A stretch of 55,974 bases of DNA. It comes from a virus. Taxonomy: Duplodnaviria; Caudoviricetes. Position numbers and translations under genes: made by a program. Below the pieces are notes generated by a model. It worked only from the letters and a program-made list of their open reading frames with translations, did no database searches and was not told the origin of the DNA. Within the stretch, counting starts at the first letter, position 1. The number at the start of each line of letters is the position of its first letter. Location of the stretch: positions 1-55,974 of the IMG/VR virus record IMGVR_UViG_3300049142_000052. One strand, 5' to 3'. Below, piece by piece: positions 18,086 through 28,539 of the stretch.

Positions 18086-18673
18086 ATGGTCAACATCACC
18101 CGCGCCGCGGACCTCCTCGAGGTCGGCGCGAACGGCGGCGGATGGACCGCGCCCCTGGGCACCACGTCGCCGGGAGACCCGGCGATCCAGCCGCTGTCGC
18201 CGTGGCAGCCGCTGGGCGCCATCTCGGACGACGGCCTCGTGCAGGGGTTCGACGAGGACTCCGAGTCGTTCAGGCCGTGGGGGTTCACGGCCCCGATCCG
18301 CACCACCATCACCAGCTCGCTGCGGACGTTCGGGCTGACGGTGTGGGAGACCGGCCGCACGACCGTGCAGTCGCTGCAGTATCGCCTCGACACCGCGGAC
18401 CTGGCGCCGACGGGCGGCCTGACGACGTTCGCGGAGACCGCCAGCCCGGCGCCGGACCGGCGGGCGTTCTGGTTCGTCGTCCTCGACGGCGACAACTTCC
18501 AGCGCGGCTTCTACGTGCCCGAGGGGGAGATCACCGAGCGGTCCGACGTGTCCCACAAGCAAGACGAAGTCGCGGGCTACGAGTGGACGATCACCGCCTA
18601 CCCCGACTCCGCCGGCTTCACCGTCTACCACTTCGACAGGGTGCCGGAGACCGCCGACTACACGGGGTCCTGA
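18086..18673 (+). CDS. Major tail (tube) protein
   Basis: LGAISDDGL, GEITERSDV, YEWTITAYPD; RBS GGAG. Confidence 0.88.
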   Translation: MVNITRAADLLEVGANGGGWTAPLGTTSPGDPAIQPLSPWQPLGAISDDGLVQGFDEDSESFRPWGFTAPIRTTITSSLRTFGLTVWETGRTTVQSLQYRLDTADLAPTGGLTTFAETASPAPDRRAFWFVVLDGDNFQRGFYVPEGEITERSDVSHKQDEVAGYEWTITAYPDSAGFTVYHFDRVPETADYTGS

Positions 18674-18781
18674 GACGGGTGGACGGGCCGTAGGCGTCCC
18701 TGCTGGGGCGCCACCGTTGGCGCGGGCCCGGCCCGTCCACCTCTACCTTTGCCCGCGCCTTGAGAGTGAGGAGCCCGCGCC

Positions 18782-19219
18782 GTGGCCACTACGCGCAACA
18801 CCACCAGCACGAGCAGGAAGCCGCGCACCGCGGCCCGAGCCGCGTCCCGTCCCGCCACCCCCCGGCGGGTGGAGCCGGACGTCGAGCCCGACGTCGAGGA
18901 GACGGAGGTGTCGGCCGCGGACGCGCAGGAGATCGAAGCGGAGGGCCACTACGTCACCGCTGAACTGTGCGGCGAGGAGGTGCAGATCATCCCGCCGTCG
19001 GCGTGGCGGTCCTCGTGGCAGCGCATGCTCAACCAGGGCAACTTCGACGGCTTCGCGGAGAAGGTCTTCGCCCCGGAGGACTACGACTACTACCTCGAGG
19101 CCGATCCGACGATCGTCGAGTTCATGCAGTTCGTGGAGGAGGCGGCGTCCCGGGTCGGTGAGAGCCTGGGAAACTCGCGTGGACCCGCAGGGTCGTCGAG
19201 GCGCACGCGGAGGCGGTAG
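18782..19219 (+). CDS. Tail assembly chaperone (gpG analogue)
   Basis: Between tail tube and tape measure; contains slippery site. Confidence 0.85.
   Translation: MATTRNTTSTSRKPRTAARAASRPATPRRVEPDVEPDVEETEVSAADAQEIEAEGHYVTAELCGEEVQIIPPSAWRSSWQRMLNQGNFDGFAEKVFAPEDYDYYLEADPTIVEFMQFVEEAASRVGESLGNSRGPAGSSRRTRRR
19168..19174 (+). other. Programmed -1 frameshift heptamer G GGA AAC
   Basis: X XXY YYZ in frame; -1 frame reads GKLAWTRRVVEAHAEAVEADLLRYY... open to 19629. Confidence 0.88.
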
Positions 19220-19629
19220 AGGCCGACCTGCTGCGCTACTACAACGGCGTCGATCTCCTCGACGTGCACCGCGGCGCGATGTCGTGGCGGCGCCTGAGGG
19301 TCCTCATCCAGCATCTGCCGCCTGAGTCGGCCACGTGGACCGCGCTGAGAAACGCGATGGACCCCGCCGAGCTTGCAGCGCAGGCGGAACGGGGCGAGCC
19401 GGAGAAGGGCCGCTGGTCGCAGCAGGAACAACTCCTCGCGGCGGCAGTGGACGCGATCCGCCGCCTGGAGTGGGTGCTGATCTGCGTCAACACGGAGAAG
19501 AAATCGCAGCGCCCGGATCCGCCTGAGCCGATGCGCCGGCCCGGGGCTGGACCGCGGAGGAAGAAGGCGCAGCTCACCGAGAAGAGCGCCGACAGGCTGT
19601 TGAAGCTGCTGCAAGGAGGCGCCGCATAG
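19168..19629 (+). CDS. Frameshifted C-terminal part of tail chaperone (gpGT analogue)
   Basis: EAVEADLLRYY.GVDL.D...MSWRRL.VLI.HLP.ES motif. Confidence 0.85.
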   Translation, partial: GKLAWTRRVVEAHAEAVEADLLRYYNGVDLLDVHRGAMSWRRLRVLIQHLPPESATWTALRNAMDPAELAAQAERGEPEKGRWSQQEQLLAAAVDAIRRLEWVLICVNTEKKSQRPDPPEPMRRPGAGPRRKKAQLTEKSADRLLKLLQGGAA

Positions 19630-19651
19630 GGGCGCTGGGAGGAGGCTCCTG

Positions 19652-22600
19652 GTGCCTGCTATCTCCGTCGGCTCCGTCGAAGTCGATGTCGTCCCCAACG
19701 CGAAGGGCATATACGCAAAGCTCAAGGAAGAGCTCGTACCAGCGGCTACCGATGCGGGCAAGGACGCGGGTGAGGCCGCCGGCAAGGCGTTCGGCCCTGC
19801 CATGCAAACCGCGATCGGCGACACAGTTGGAAGCCGGATCGGTGAGCAGATCGGTGAGCAGATTGCTGCTCGGATCGTCGCCCAGATCCGGGACTCGCTG
19901 CGGGATGGCGTTACGCAGGGCGGGCGGGCTGCTCGTCCTGCGGCGACCCGGCAGGGTGAGGAGACGGGCGGGGCGTTTGCCCGGTCGCTTCGAGCCCGAC
20001 TGCAGGCCGCGTTCCGCAGCATGCCGAAGCTCGATGTACGGCTGTCTGACACGGGTATCGACGCCGACCTCGCCCGGCTGCGGGCTCGGCTGGAGACGCT
20101 GGCCGGGAAGACGGTCGGGATCGACATTGATGCGGCGACCGCGCGGGCGGAGGCTGCGGACATTGAGGAGCGGCTGCGCCGTATCGGTGCCGCCCACCCC
20201 AACGTCGCCGTCCGCGCGGATACTGCGGCAGCGATCGCGCAGCTGCAGTTGCTGCAGCAGCAGATCGACGAGGTCGACCGGGACCCGCTGCGTATCCGTG
20301 TGGAGACGGACGGCACGCTTGGCACCCGGCTTCGGGCTGCGGTGCAGCAGGCTGAGGCGTCCCTACCGAACGTCAACATCACGGCGGACACCAATCCGGC
20401 GCAGGTCGAGGTGGCCCGGCTGCGGGCGCAGCTCACGGCTTTGACGGACGCCCGTATCGGCATCGACATCGATGCGGCCACGGCGATGGCTCGTCTCGAA
20501 GAGGTGCAGACGCGTCTGCAGCGTCTGTCCGCGTCGGACGCGGATGTCGCGGTGCGGGTAGACGCGGGTGCTGCCGCGGCGCAGCTTGCGGCGTTCCAGG
20601 CGCAGGTCGGTCGACTGGATGGCCGTCGGGTGCGTGTCGACATCGACACGGGTGTGGCGCAGGTGGCGCTGGGCAATCTGGCGTTCGCGGCTGTCGCTCT
20701 CGGGCCTGCGCTTTTGCCGATCCTTCCTGTGGCGGCTGCGGGTCTGGGCGCTATTGCAGCTGCGGCGACGGCGGCGGCTGTCGGTGTGGGTTCGATTGCT
20801 CTGGTGGCTGTGCCGGCGTTTGTGCAGATGGGCAAGGTCATGCAGGCGCAGAAGGCTGCCCAGGATGCTGCCACCAATGCCACGTTGAAGGGCGGGCAGG
20901 CGTCGTCTCAGGCGGCGCAGCGGTCGCTGCAGATGGCGTCGGCGCAGCAGTCGCTGGCGTCGGCTCACCGGAATGCCGCGCGGCAGATCCGGCAGGCTGA
21001 GCAGGGTGTCGCGGACGCGGCCCGTAACGCGGCGGAGGCGAACGAGCGGGCCGCCGAGCAGGTCAAGACGGCTCGCCGCGGGTTGGCAGATGCGGTGCAG
21101 CAGGCCGCGGACCGGCAGCGGCAGGCCGCCGAACAGGTCCGCAGCGCCGAGGAGTCCCTCGCGGACGCACAGCGCAACGCACGGCAGGCTCAGGAGGATC
21201 TGACCCAGGCGCGGGCGGATGCCGCCCAGCAGCTGCAGGATCTGGAGTCGCGGCTCGCGAACGCTCAGCTGTCCGAGCGGGACGCGGTTCTGCAGGTGCA
21301 GGAGGCCCGGGACCGGCTGCGTGCTGTACAGCGGGCGGGCTCGAAAGCCTCCTACCTGGAGCAGCAGCGGGCACAGCTTGCGCTCGACCAGGCGGTGCAG
21401 CGACTTCAGGATCAGCGGGCCGAGACGAAGGAACTGTCTGCGGAGAAGAAGAAGGCGGACAAGGCCGGCGTTGAGGGCTCCGACATCGTCCTGGATGCGC
21501 AGGAGCGGCTGCGGCAGGCCGAACTCGGTGTCACGAAGCAGCAGGAAACGCTGGCGAAGGCGCGTGCGGACGCGGCCCGGCAGGCGGTACAGGGCCAGCA
21601 GGACATCGCTGAGGCTCAGCAGCGGGTCGCCGAGGCGCAGCGGAACGTCACCCGCACGCAGGAGGACGGCGCCCGGTCGGTTGCCCGCGCGCAGGAGCAG
21701 CTTGCTGCCGCGCAGCAGTCGGCTGCGGATTCGATCGCCTCGGCTCAGCGTCAGATTGCCTCCGCGTCGCTTTCGGCGGCCGGGGGCGTGGATCAGGCTG
21801 CCATCGCGCAGGCCAAGTACCAGGCGGAGCTGGCAAAGCTGTCGCCGGCCGCGCGGGAGACGTTCGAGGCGTTCCTCGACCTGCGGTCCGCGTTCTCTGC
21901 GTGGTCGAAAAGTCTGCAGCCCGCCGTCATGCCGATCTTCACTCGTGCCCTGAACGGCTTGAAGAACAGTCTGCCGGGGTTGACACCGTTCGTGCTGGAG
22001 GCTGCGGACGCGATCAGTGGTTTGCAGGACCGAGCATCGCGTGGGTTCAAGTCGCCGTGGTGGAAGGAGTTCAAGGCAGACCTCGAGGGTTCCATCAAGC
22101 CAGCGATCACCGGCTTGGGTGTTTCCTTCGGGAACGTGTTCAAGGGCATGGCTGGCGTGCTGCAGGCCTTCTTCCCGCGCATGGATTCGATTTCCTCGCG
22201 GATGCAGACCATCACCGGCCGGTTCGCGAACTGGGGTACGAGCCTTAAGGGGTCGCCGGAGTTCGAGCGTTTCCTGTCGTATGCGTCGGAGCACGGGCCG
22301 ATCCTGGCGGACACCTTCCGGCAGATCGGGTCGGCGTTCATGAACGTCGGGCAGGCGCTGTCGCCGATCTCCGGTCCGCTGCTGAAGCTGATTGGCGGGG
22401 TAGCGGAGTTCATCGCGGTCGTCGCGGAAAAGGCGCCGTGGTACATCATGCTGCTCTACGGGATCGTCATCGCGACGAAGCTGTGGACGCTCGCGATGGC
22501 GGCCCTCAATTTCGTGATGACCGCAAACCCCTTCGTACTGCTCGGCATGGCGATCCTGGCGATCATCGCCGTAGTCATCTACGCCTACAACCGCTTCGGC

Positions 22601-24595
22601 TGGTTCCGGGCGGGCGTTCAGGCCGTGTGGGACGGAATCAAGGTGGGGGCGCTGTTCCTGTGGAACTCCGTCCTCAAGCCGGCCTTCAACGGGATCATGG
22701 CGGGCCTGAAGACGGTCGGTGGGTGGGCGCTGTGGCTGTGGAAAACGGCCATCAAGCCCGCATTTGACGGGATCGTCTTTGTCGGGCGGATCCTGCTGAC
22801 GGTGCTGGTGACAGCGGTACTGCTGCCGATCGTCGCGGCGATCAAACTGGTCGGCTGGTTCGGCAAGTGGCTGTGGAACACTGCGCTCAAGCCGGCATTC
22901 GATGCGATCGCCGCTGGAGCGTTGTGGTTGTGGAGCACTGCCTTCAAGCCTGCCTTCCAGTGGATCGGCGACAAGGCGAAGTGGCTGTGGAACAACGCCA
23001 TCAAACCGGCCTGGGCGGGGATCCAGTCCGGTGCGAAGTGGATGTGGGAGAAGGTCATCCGGCCGGTCTTCCGCGCCTTCATGGACGGGCTGAAGGAGCT
23101 CGGCCGCTGGGGCAAGTGGCTGTGGAAGGAAGCCATCAAGCCTGCCTGGGACGGGATCGTCTCCGCAGGTAAGTTCGCCTGGGAGAACGGCATCAAGCCC
23201 ATCTTCGACCGCTTCAAGTCGGTCGTCCGCAGCCTGAAGGGTGCTTTCGACAGCGCCGTGGGCGGGATCAAATCCGCCTGGGACAAGATCAAGTCGGTTT
23301 CAAAGCGGCCGGTCCAGTACGTCGTGGACGTCGTCTACAACAACGGCATCCGCGGCGTGTGGAACAAAGTCGCGGGCGCGTTCGGCGCCCCGAAGCTGGG
23401 TGCGTTCAAGTTCGCCTCCGGCGGCATCATGCCTGGCTACACGCCGGGTAAGGACGTCCACCGGTTCGTGTCTCCGACCGGCGGCCGGCTGGAGTTGTCC
23501 GGCGGCGAGGCCATCATGCGGCCGGAGTTCACCCGCGCGGTCGGTAGCGGGTTCGTGAACACGATGAACTCGGTTGCCCGGTCTCGTGGTACCGAGGGCG
23601 TCAAGGCGGCTTTGGCTCCGATGCTGGGCGGGAACCCGCGCACGCCGACGGACACGTCGCTGCGGTACAGCAGCGGCGGCATCTACCCGGTGCAGCGGTT
23701 CGCGGACGGCGGGATCTTCGGCTGGATCAAGGACCGGGCGTCGGATGCGGTCGGTGCTGGTTCGGCCGCCTGGAACAAGATCAAGGAGGGTGCCTCCTGG
23801 CTCGGTGACACCCTGGAAGCGTCCGCCCGCGCGGGTGTGAAGAACGTCGTCAACCCGCTGCTGAAGAACTTCCCGGGCATGGACACGGGCTTCGGTCGGA
23901 TGATCCGCCGCATCCCGACGCGGATCATCGACGCGCTGTTCGGCTACAGCAAGGAGGCCGACAAGCGTGGCGCTGGCGGCATCGGCGGGCCGCGGATCTC
24001 CGCAGCGCTGAAGTGGGCGAGGACGCAGGCTGGCCTGCCCTACCAGTGGGCGGGTAACGGCAACCCTAGCTGGGACTGCTCCGGTTTCATGAGCGCCATC
24101 GAGTCCGTCATCAGAGGTCAGAAGCCGCACCGCAGGTGGGCGACGATGGCGTTCTCCGGTCGGACGGCTCCGCCTGGCTGGGTGAAGAACGGCAACTCCG
24201 CGTTCAAGATCGGTATTACGAATGCGGGCGTCGGCCACACTGCGGGCACCCTCGGCAAGACCAACGTCGAGAGCCGGGGCGGCGACGGTGTGGTCGTCGG
24301 GTCCCGGGCCCGCGGCTACAAGGACAGCCTGTTCACGGACTGGTACGGGTTCATGCCCGGCAAGTACGACAACGGCGGCATGCTCCAGCCCGGCTTCAAC
24401 CTCGCCTACAACGGGACGGGGAGGCCGGAGCCCGTGCTGACCGGCGCCCAGTTCAACGCGCTCGCCCGTGGTGGTGGGCAGTTGGGCGACTTGCAGGTGT
24501 CGGTGTACGTCGGTGACCAGCAGATCACCGACATCGCACGGGCCGAGGTGCGCACGGCACAGGGCGAACTGATTCAGGTACTCAACGCGGGCTGA
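19652..24595 (+). CDS. Tape measure protein with C-terminal NlpC/P60-like domain
   Basis: 1647 aa; coiled coils; 22-aa WLWxxxIKPA repeats; GLPYQWAG...DCSGFMS...GHTAG. Confidence 0.92.
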   Translation: MPAISVGSVEVDVVPNAKGIYAKLKEELVPAATDAGKDAGEAAGKAFGPAMQTAIGDTVGSRIGEQIGEQIAARIVAQIRDSLRDGVTQGGRAARPAATRQGEETGGAFARSLRARLQAAFRSMPKLDVRLSDTGIDADLARLRARLETLAGKTVGIDIDAATARAEAADIEERLRRIGAAHPNVAVRADTAAAIAQLQLLQQQIDEVDRDPLRIRVETDGTLGTRLRAAVQQAEASLPNVNITADTNPAQVEVARLRAQLTALTDARIGIDIDAATAMARLEEVQTRLQRLSASDADVAVRVDAGAAAAQLAAFQAQVGRLDGRRVRVDIDTGVAQVALGNLAFAAVALGPALLPILPVAAAGLGAIAAAATAAAVGVGSIALVAVPAFVQMGKVMQAQKAAQDAATNATLKGGQASSQAAQRSLQMASAQQSLASAHRNAARQIRQAEQGVADAARNAAEANERAAEQVKTARRGLADAVQQAADRQRQAAEQVRSAEESLADAQRNARQAQEDLTQARADAAQQLQDLESRLANAQLSERDAVLQVQEARDRLRAVQRAGSKASYLEQQRAQLALDQAVQRLQDQRAETKELSAEKKKADKAGVEGSDIVLDAQERLRQAELGVTKQQETLAKARADAARQAVQGQQDIAEAQQRVAEAQRNVTRTQEDGARSVARAQEQLAAAQQSAADSIASAQRQIASASLSAAGGVDQAAIAQAKYQAELAKLSPAARETFEAFLDLRSAFSAWSKSLQPAVMPIFTRALNGLKNSLPGLTPFVLEAADAISGLQDRASRGFKSPWWKEFKADLEGSIKPAITGLGVSFGNVFKGMAGVLQAFFPRMDSISSRMQTITGRFANWGTSLKGSPEFERFLSYASEHGPILADTFRQIGSAFMNVGQALSPISGPLLKLIGGVAEFIAVVAEKAPWYIMLLYGIVIATKLWTLAMAALNFVMTANPFVLLGMAILAIIAVVIYAYNRFGWFRAGVQAVWDGIKVGALFLWNSVLKPAFNGIMAGLKTVGGWALWLWKTAIKPAFDGIVFVGRILLTVLVTAVLLPIVAAIKLVGWFGKWLWNTALKPAFDAIAAGALWLWSTAFKPAFQWIGDKAKWLWNNAIKPAWAGIQSGAKWMWEKVIRPVFRAFMDGLKELGRWGKWLWKEAIKPAWDGIVSAGKFAWENGIKPIFDRFKSVVRSLKGAFDSAVGGIKSAWDKIKSVSKRPVQYVVDVVYNNGIRGVWNKVAGAFGAPKLGAFKFASGGIMPGYTPGKDVHRFVSPTGGRLELSGGEAIMRPEFTRAVGSGFVNTMNSVARSRGTEGVKAALAPMLGGNPRTPTDTSLRYSSGGIYPVQRFADGGIFGWIKDRASDAVGAGSAAWNKIKEGASWLGDTLEASARAGVKNVVNPLLKNFPGMDTGFGRMIRRIPTRIIDALFGYSKEADKRGAGGIGGPRISAALKWARTQAGLPYQWAGNGNPSWDCSGFMSAIESVIRGQKPHRRWATMAFSGRTAPPGWVKNGNSAFKIGITNAGVGHTAGTLGKTNVESRGGDGVVVGSRARGYKDSLFTDWYGFMPGKYDNGGMLQPGFNLAYNGTGRPEPVLTGAQFNALARGGGQLGDLQVSVYVGDQQITDIARAEVRTAQGELIQVLNAG

Positions 24596-24605
24596 GGAGG
24601 TTCTC

Positions 24606-26840
24606 ATGCCGATTCCCGGGAACCTCCTCTCCCCGACGACGGAGACCATCGACCCGAACACGTCGGGCTGGACCAGCAAGCTGAACTGCACGATCAGCAA
24701 GGGCACGGGTGGCCGCGTCGGCGGGGATGGCTGCCTGTCGGTGCGGTCGGTGGCGGCGGGGGAGATGCAGGCCCGCACCGTCTCCTCGTATCCCGTTGCG
24801 GCGGGCACCGTGTACTACGCGTTCGCGGACACGGCGGGTGCGGTGCCGGAGCGGATCGGGATCCGCTGGCTGTCGTGGAACGGCAGCGAGGTCAGCGTCA
24901 CCTGGTCGCTGACGACGATGGCCGCCTCGTCGGGCTGGCATCGCGTGTCGGTGGCGGGCGCTGCCCCAGCGGGCGCAACGCAGGCGCAGGTGCTGCTGTC
25001 GTCGACGGAGACCGCAGGGTCTGTCTCCCACTTCTGGGAGAACATTTACCTCGGGGCGCCTATCCGGGTGCTCGGCAACTTGCTCCCGTTCAACACGGAG
25101 AGCTCCGAGGTCGACGCGTCCGGCTGGGCGGCGGTCGTCAACGCGACGATCTCCCGACAGGTGCCGGTCATCGCGTGGTCGGCGACCAACTACACGGCGG
25201 GCGGGCAAGCCCTGTCGATGGCTGCGGTCGCCGCGGGCAACGCATCTATCCTTGCGGTGGATCGGCCGACGGTCACCCCGGGCCAGGAGTATCTGGCTTA
25301 CGCCTACCTGCAGCCGCCGGTCATCACGTCACAGGCGTGGATAGAGCTCCGCTTCTACGACAGCGTCGGAAACCAGATCCAGGCCACCCGGTCCACGCTG
25401 GCGCCACCGACTCCGGCGTCGGGCATGTACCGGCAGCGGGTATCCGCCGTCGCCCCTATCAACGCCGCGACCTGCTCGCTGGCGGCTGGCCTGGACGGGG
25501 CGTCTGCCGGGCAGGTGCTGCGCCTGGAGACCGTCGCCATCGTGGCGGCCCCCGCGCTGCAGACCGGCACCGTCGTCCCGTATGCGGACGGCAGCTTTGA
25601 GCAGGGGGCCGTGGGCTGGACCGTCGTGGCCGGAGCGGCGACGATCGCCCGCACCACGCCGTGGGGCCTGTCGTCACTGGAAGGCGCCTACTCGCTGGCC
25701 ATCTCCTCGGCCACCGCGACCGCCTCGACTCTGCGGTCCGCGAAGTACCCGGTGACGGAGGGCCTCAACTGGCGGGTGCAGATCCACGCCCATCCTGCGG
25801 CCGGCGCGTGGTCGACGGCGACGGTGCGGGTCCGCTGGTACGACGCGACCGGCACCGATCTGGGCGCCTCCGCAGGGACGACGTACAGCCTGCCGGGCAC
25901 CTCGTGGTACGCCCTCGCCTCCGATGCGATCGCGCCTGCGGGGGCGACGCAGGCGGCGATCGAGGTGGTCGCCACCGCCTCCGCGACGGGCAGCGTCCTG
26001 CACATGGACGTGGTCGCGCTGTGGCAGGTGCTGCCGCTGACTGCCGTCGCCGCGGACTCGGACGCCGGCTACATCACGCTGACGCTGCGGGACCTGCCCG
26101 TGGACTCCGTGTTGACCGTGTATCGGGTGGGCGGGACCGGATCCCGCACCCTGGTCCGCGGTACTGGCGGTCTCCTCGATCAGACGCCGATCACGTCGGA
26201 CCTGCTGATCGTCGAGGACCATGAGGCGCCGTTCGGGGTGCCGGTGTCGTACCGGATCGAGATCCGCAGCGTGCCGGGCGCGCCGGCCGCGACCCGCTCG
26301 TCGGACTCTGTGACCCTGACCCTGGCCGACATCAACAGCGCGTGGCTGAAGGACCCAGGTAATCCGCAGCGCAACCTGCGGGTGCTAGTGGCGGAAGCCC
26401 CAGACTGGCAGCGGCCCATCGAGCAGGCGAGCGTCGTGGTCCGAGGCCGACGCAACAAGGTCGTGCTGTCCGGGCGGCGGCAGGGCCTCGAGGGGGACCT
26501 CGCCATCTGGACGAGGAGCGACGAGGAACGCCAGCGCCTGCACAACCTCCTCGACTCCGGCAACGTCCTGCTGTGGCAGGCCGCGCCCGGGATGGGCGTC
26601 GACGACATGTACGTGTCCGTCGCCCAGATCAACGAGAACCGGGTCGGGCGGCTCGCTCAGGAGCAGTGGCGGGCGTGGACGCTGCCGCTGGTCGAGCAGG
26701 ACATGCCCGTGACCACCGGCATCAACGGCGCCGCCGGCCGGACCTGGCAGGACATCCTCACCGAGTTCGCCACGTGGGAAGACGTCCGGGACGCCTTCGA
26801 CACCTGGGAAGACCTCCTCCTCAACCGCCGACGGGGGTGA
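24606..26840 (+). CDS. Distal tail/minor tail protein with three carbohydrate-binding-like modules
   Basis: Three repeats (GNLL..TE....SGW ... P.GATQA) then WLKDP.NP Dit-like C-terminus. Confidence 0.7.
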   Translation: MPIPGNLLSPTTETIDPNTSGWTSKLNCTISKGTGGRVGGDGCLSVRSVAAGEMQARTVSSYPVAAGTVYYAFADTAGAVPERIGIRWLSWNGSEVSVTWSLTTMAASSGWHRVSVAGAAPAGATQAQVLLSSTETAGSVSHFWENIYLGAPIRVLGNLLPFNTESSEVDASGWAAVVNATISRQVPVIAWSATNYTAGGQALSMAAVAAGNASILAVDRPTVTPGQEYLAYAYLQPPVITSQAWIELRFYDSVGNQIQATRSTLAPPTPASGMYRQRVSAVAPINAATCSLAAGLDGASAGQVLRLETVAIVAAPALQTGTVVPYADGSFEQGAVGWTVVAGAATIARTTPWGLSSLEGAYSLAISSATATASTLRSAKYPVTEGLNWRVQIHAHPAAGAWSTATVRVRWYDATGTDLGASAGTTYSLPGTSWYALASDAIAPAGATQAAIEVVATASATGSVLHMDVVALWQVLPLTAVAADSDAGYITLTLRDLPVDSVLTVYRVGGTGSRTLVRGTGGLLDQTPITSDLLIVEDHEAPFGVPVSYRIEIRSVPGAPAATRSSDSVTLTLADINSAWLKDPGNPQRNLRVLVAEAPDWQRPIEQASVVVRGRRNKVVLSGRRQGLEGDLAIWTRSDEERQRLHNLLDSGNVLLWQAAPGMGVDDMYVSVAQINENRVGRLAQEQWRAWTLPLVEQDMPVTTGINGAAGRTWQDILTEFATWEDVRDAFDTWEDLLLNRRRG

Positions 26841-26842
26841 TC

Positions 26843-27934
26843 GTGTACCCCGTCTCGGAGCGGTTCCTGGCACGGCTCGCCGAATCCCACACCCCGGTCA
26901 CGCAGGTGCAACTTTTCCTCACGGACGGCCGCGTCATCGACCTGCCTCACACGGGCGGGTCGGTGACGGTGGACCGGTCGCAGGCGATCCGCCGCACCTG
27001 CACCGTCACCTGCCCCGACCCGGCACTGATCCCGCGCACCCCGACGGATCAGCTCGCCGTGTACGGGTCCCGGCTGCGGATCTCCCGCGGCGTCGAGTAC
27101 GGCGACGGCACGCAGGAGCTGGTGCCGCTCGGCCTGTTCCGCCTCGACAGCGTCGACGGAGACGTCTCCGAAGGCCCGGTCAACCTCCAAGGCAAAGACC
27201 TGTCTGCGGTCATCGCCGACGACAAGTTCATCACCCGCTACCGGGCGTCCGGCACGGTCGTCACCGCGATCACCAGCCTGATCCGGCGGACCCTCCTCGA
27301 CGCCACGATCATCAGCCTCATCACCGACACGGCGATCGGGAGCCGCTGGTTCGACATCGAAGCTGACCCGTGGGCCGGCTGTCAGGAGATCGCCGCCGCC
27401 GCCGGTGCGGAGGTGTATGCCAACGCTGACGGTGAGTTCGTCATATCCACGCTGCCCGACCTCACCACTGTGGAGCCGGTGTGGGCAGTCGAGGCGACCG
27501 AGGGCGGCGTCTACATCTCCGGCACCCGCGGCATGACCAGCGACGGCGTCTACAACGGCGTCCTCGCCCGCGGGGAGAACAGCTCGGAGAACGTCCCGCC
27601 GGTCTCGGCGCTCGTCGTGGACAACGACCCGAACTCCCCGACGTACTGGAGCGGCCCCTACGGTCGCCGCCCCCTCTTCTACTCCTCTTCGACGCTGACG
27701 ACGACGGCCGCCTGCCAGAACGCCGCCCGCCTGAAGCTCGCCGAAGCCCGCGCCCCGAACGCCTCGGGCGACATCTCCTCCCTGCCGAACCCGGCGCTCG
27801 AGCCGGGGGACGTGCTGCGGGTGATGCACGAGGACGGCTCCCGAGAGCTCCACCAGGTCGCTTCCTTTTCCGTGCCGCTGGACCTGGGCGGCGACTTCCC
27901 GATCAGCACGATCTCGGCGAAGGAGGACGCGTGA
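26843..27934 (+). CDS. Minor tail / baseplate hub protein (DUF5047-like)
   Basis: GGSVTVDRSQAIRRTC, YNGVLARGE, SPTYWSGPYG, PNPALEPGDV. Confidence 0.75.
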   Translation: MYPVSERFLARLAESHTPVTQVQLFLTDGRVIDLPHTGGSVTVDRSQAIRRTCTVTCPDPALIPRTPTDQLAVYGSRLRISRGVEYGDGTQELVPLGLFRLDSVDGDVSEGPVNLQGKDLSAVIADDKFITRYRASGTVVTAITSLIRRTLLDATIISLITDTAIGSRWFDIEADPWAGCQEIAAAAGAEVYANADGEFVISTLPDLTTVEPVWAVEATEGGVYISGTRGMTSDGVYNGVLARGENSSENVPPVSALVVDNDPNSPTYWSGPYGRRPLFYSSSTLTTTAACQNAARLKLAEARAPNASGDISSLPNPALEPGDVLRVMHEDGSRELHQVASFSVPLDLGGDFPISTISAKEDA

Positions 27935-28530
27935 AACCGGGCAACGCCACCAAGCGGGAGCTCGCCGCGGCGATCGCCCGCCGTGCCCAACGTGTCGGCG
28001 AACAGTCCCCATCGGTGCGTGGCTCGGACTGGTCCGGCGCCGTCGTCACCGCCGTCAACCCGGACGGGACTGTCGACGCGGACGGGCTCGAGGACATCCG
28101 CTGCATGGAGACCTACAGCCAGCCCGCGGTCGGCGACCTCATCTACATCACCCAGTCCAGCAGCGGGAACTGGCTCGCTTGGGGCCGCACGGCCGGCGCC
28201 TTCCAGGACTGGACGCCGCTCACGCTCGCCGCCGGCATGACGAACCCGGGCCACGGGTGGACGGCTGCCTACATGCGTGAGGGCCGCCGGATCTGGCTGC
28301 GCGGCAGGGTCGGGCCCACGTCCGGGACGATCGCGGACGGCGAGACGATCCTCACCCTCCCTGCGGCGATTCGCCCCGACGTAGTAGTCGCGTGGGCTGT
28401 GGCTCGGGACGCGGCCGTCGTGCCAGCAACGATCCGCGTGGAGATCACCCTGACCGGCGCGGTGCGTACCTACCAGTCCTCCAACCTGCCGTCCTGGGTC
28501 GCTCTCGACGGCATCACCTACACGATCTAG
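27931..28530 (+). CDS. Minor tail protein
   Basis: GTGA overlap; VTAVNPDGTV, Y.QPAVGD; receptor-binding-like C-terminus. Confidence 0.7.
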   Translation: MKPGNATKRELAAAIARRAQRVGEQSPSVRGSDWSGAVVTAVNPDGTVDADGLEDIRCMETYSQPAVGDLIYITQSSSGNWLAWGRTAGAFQDWTPLTLAAGMTNPGHGWTAAYMREGRRIWLRGRVGPTSGTIADGETILTLPAAIRPDVVVAWAVARDAAVVPATIRVEITLTGAVRTYQSSNLPSWVALDGITYTI

Positions 28531-28539
28531 GAGGGGCGC

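Noticed and set aside
9478-24808. Long minus-strand ORFs (9478..11439, 11379..13130, 14178..15341, 19090..20883, 20363..22294, 23300..24808)
   Set aside because: Antisense shadows of well-supported structural genes in high-GC DNA; no motifs
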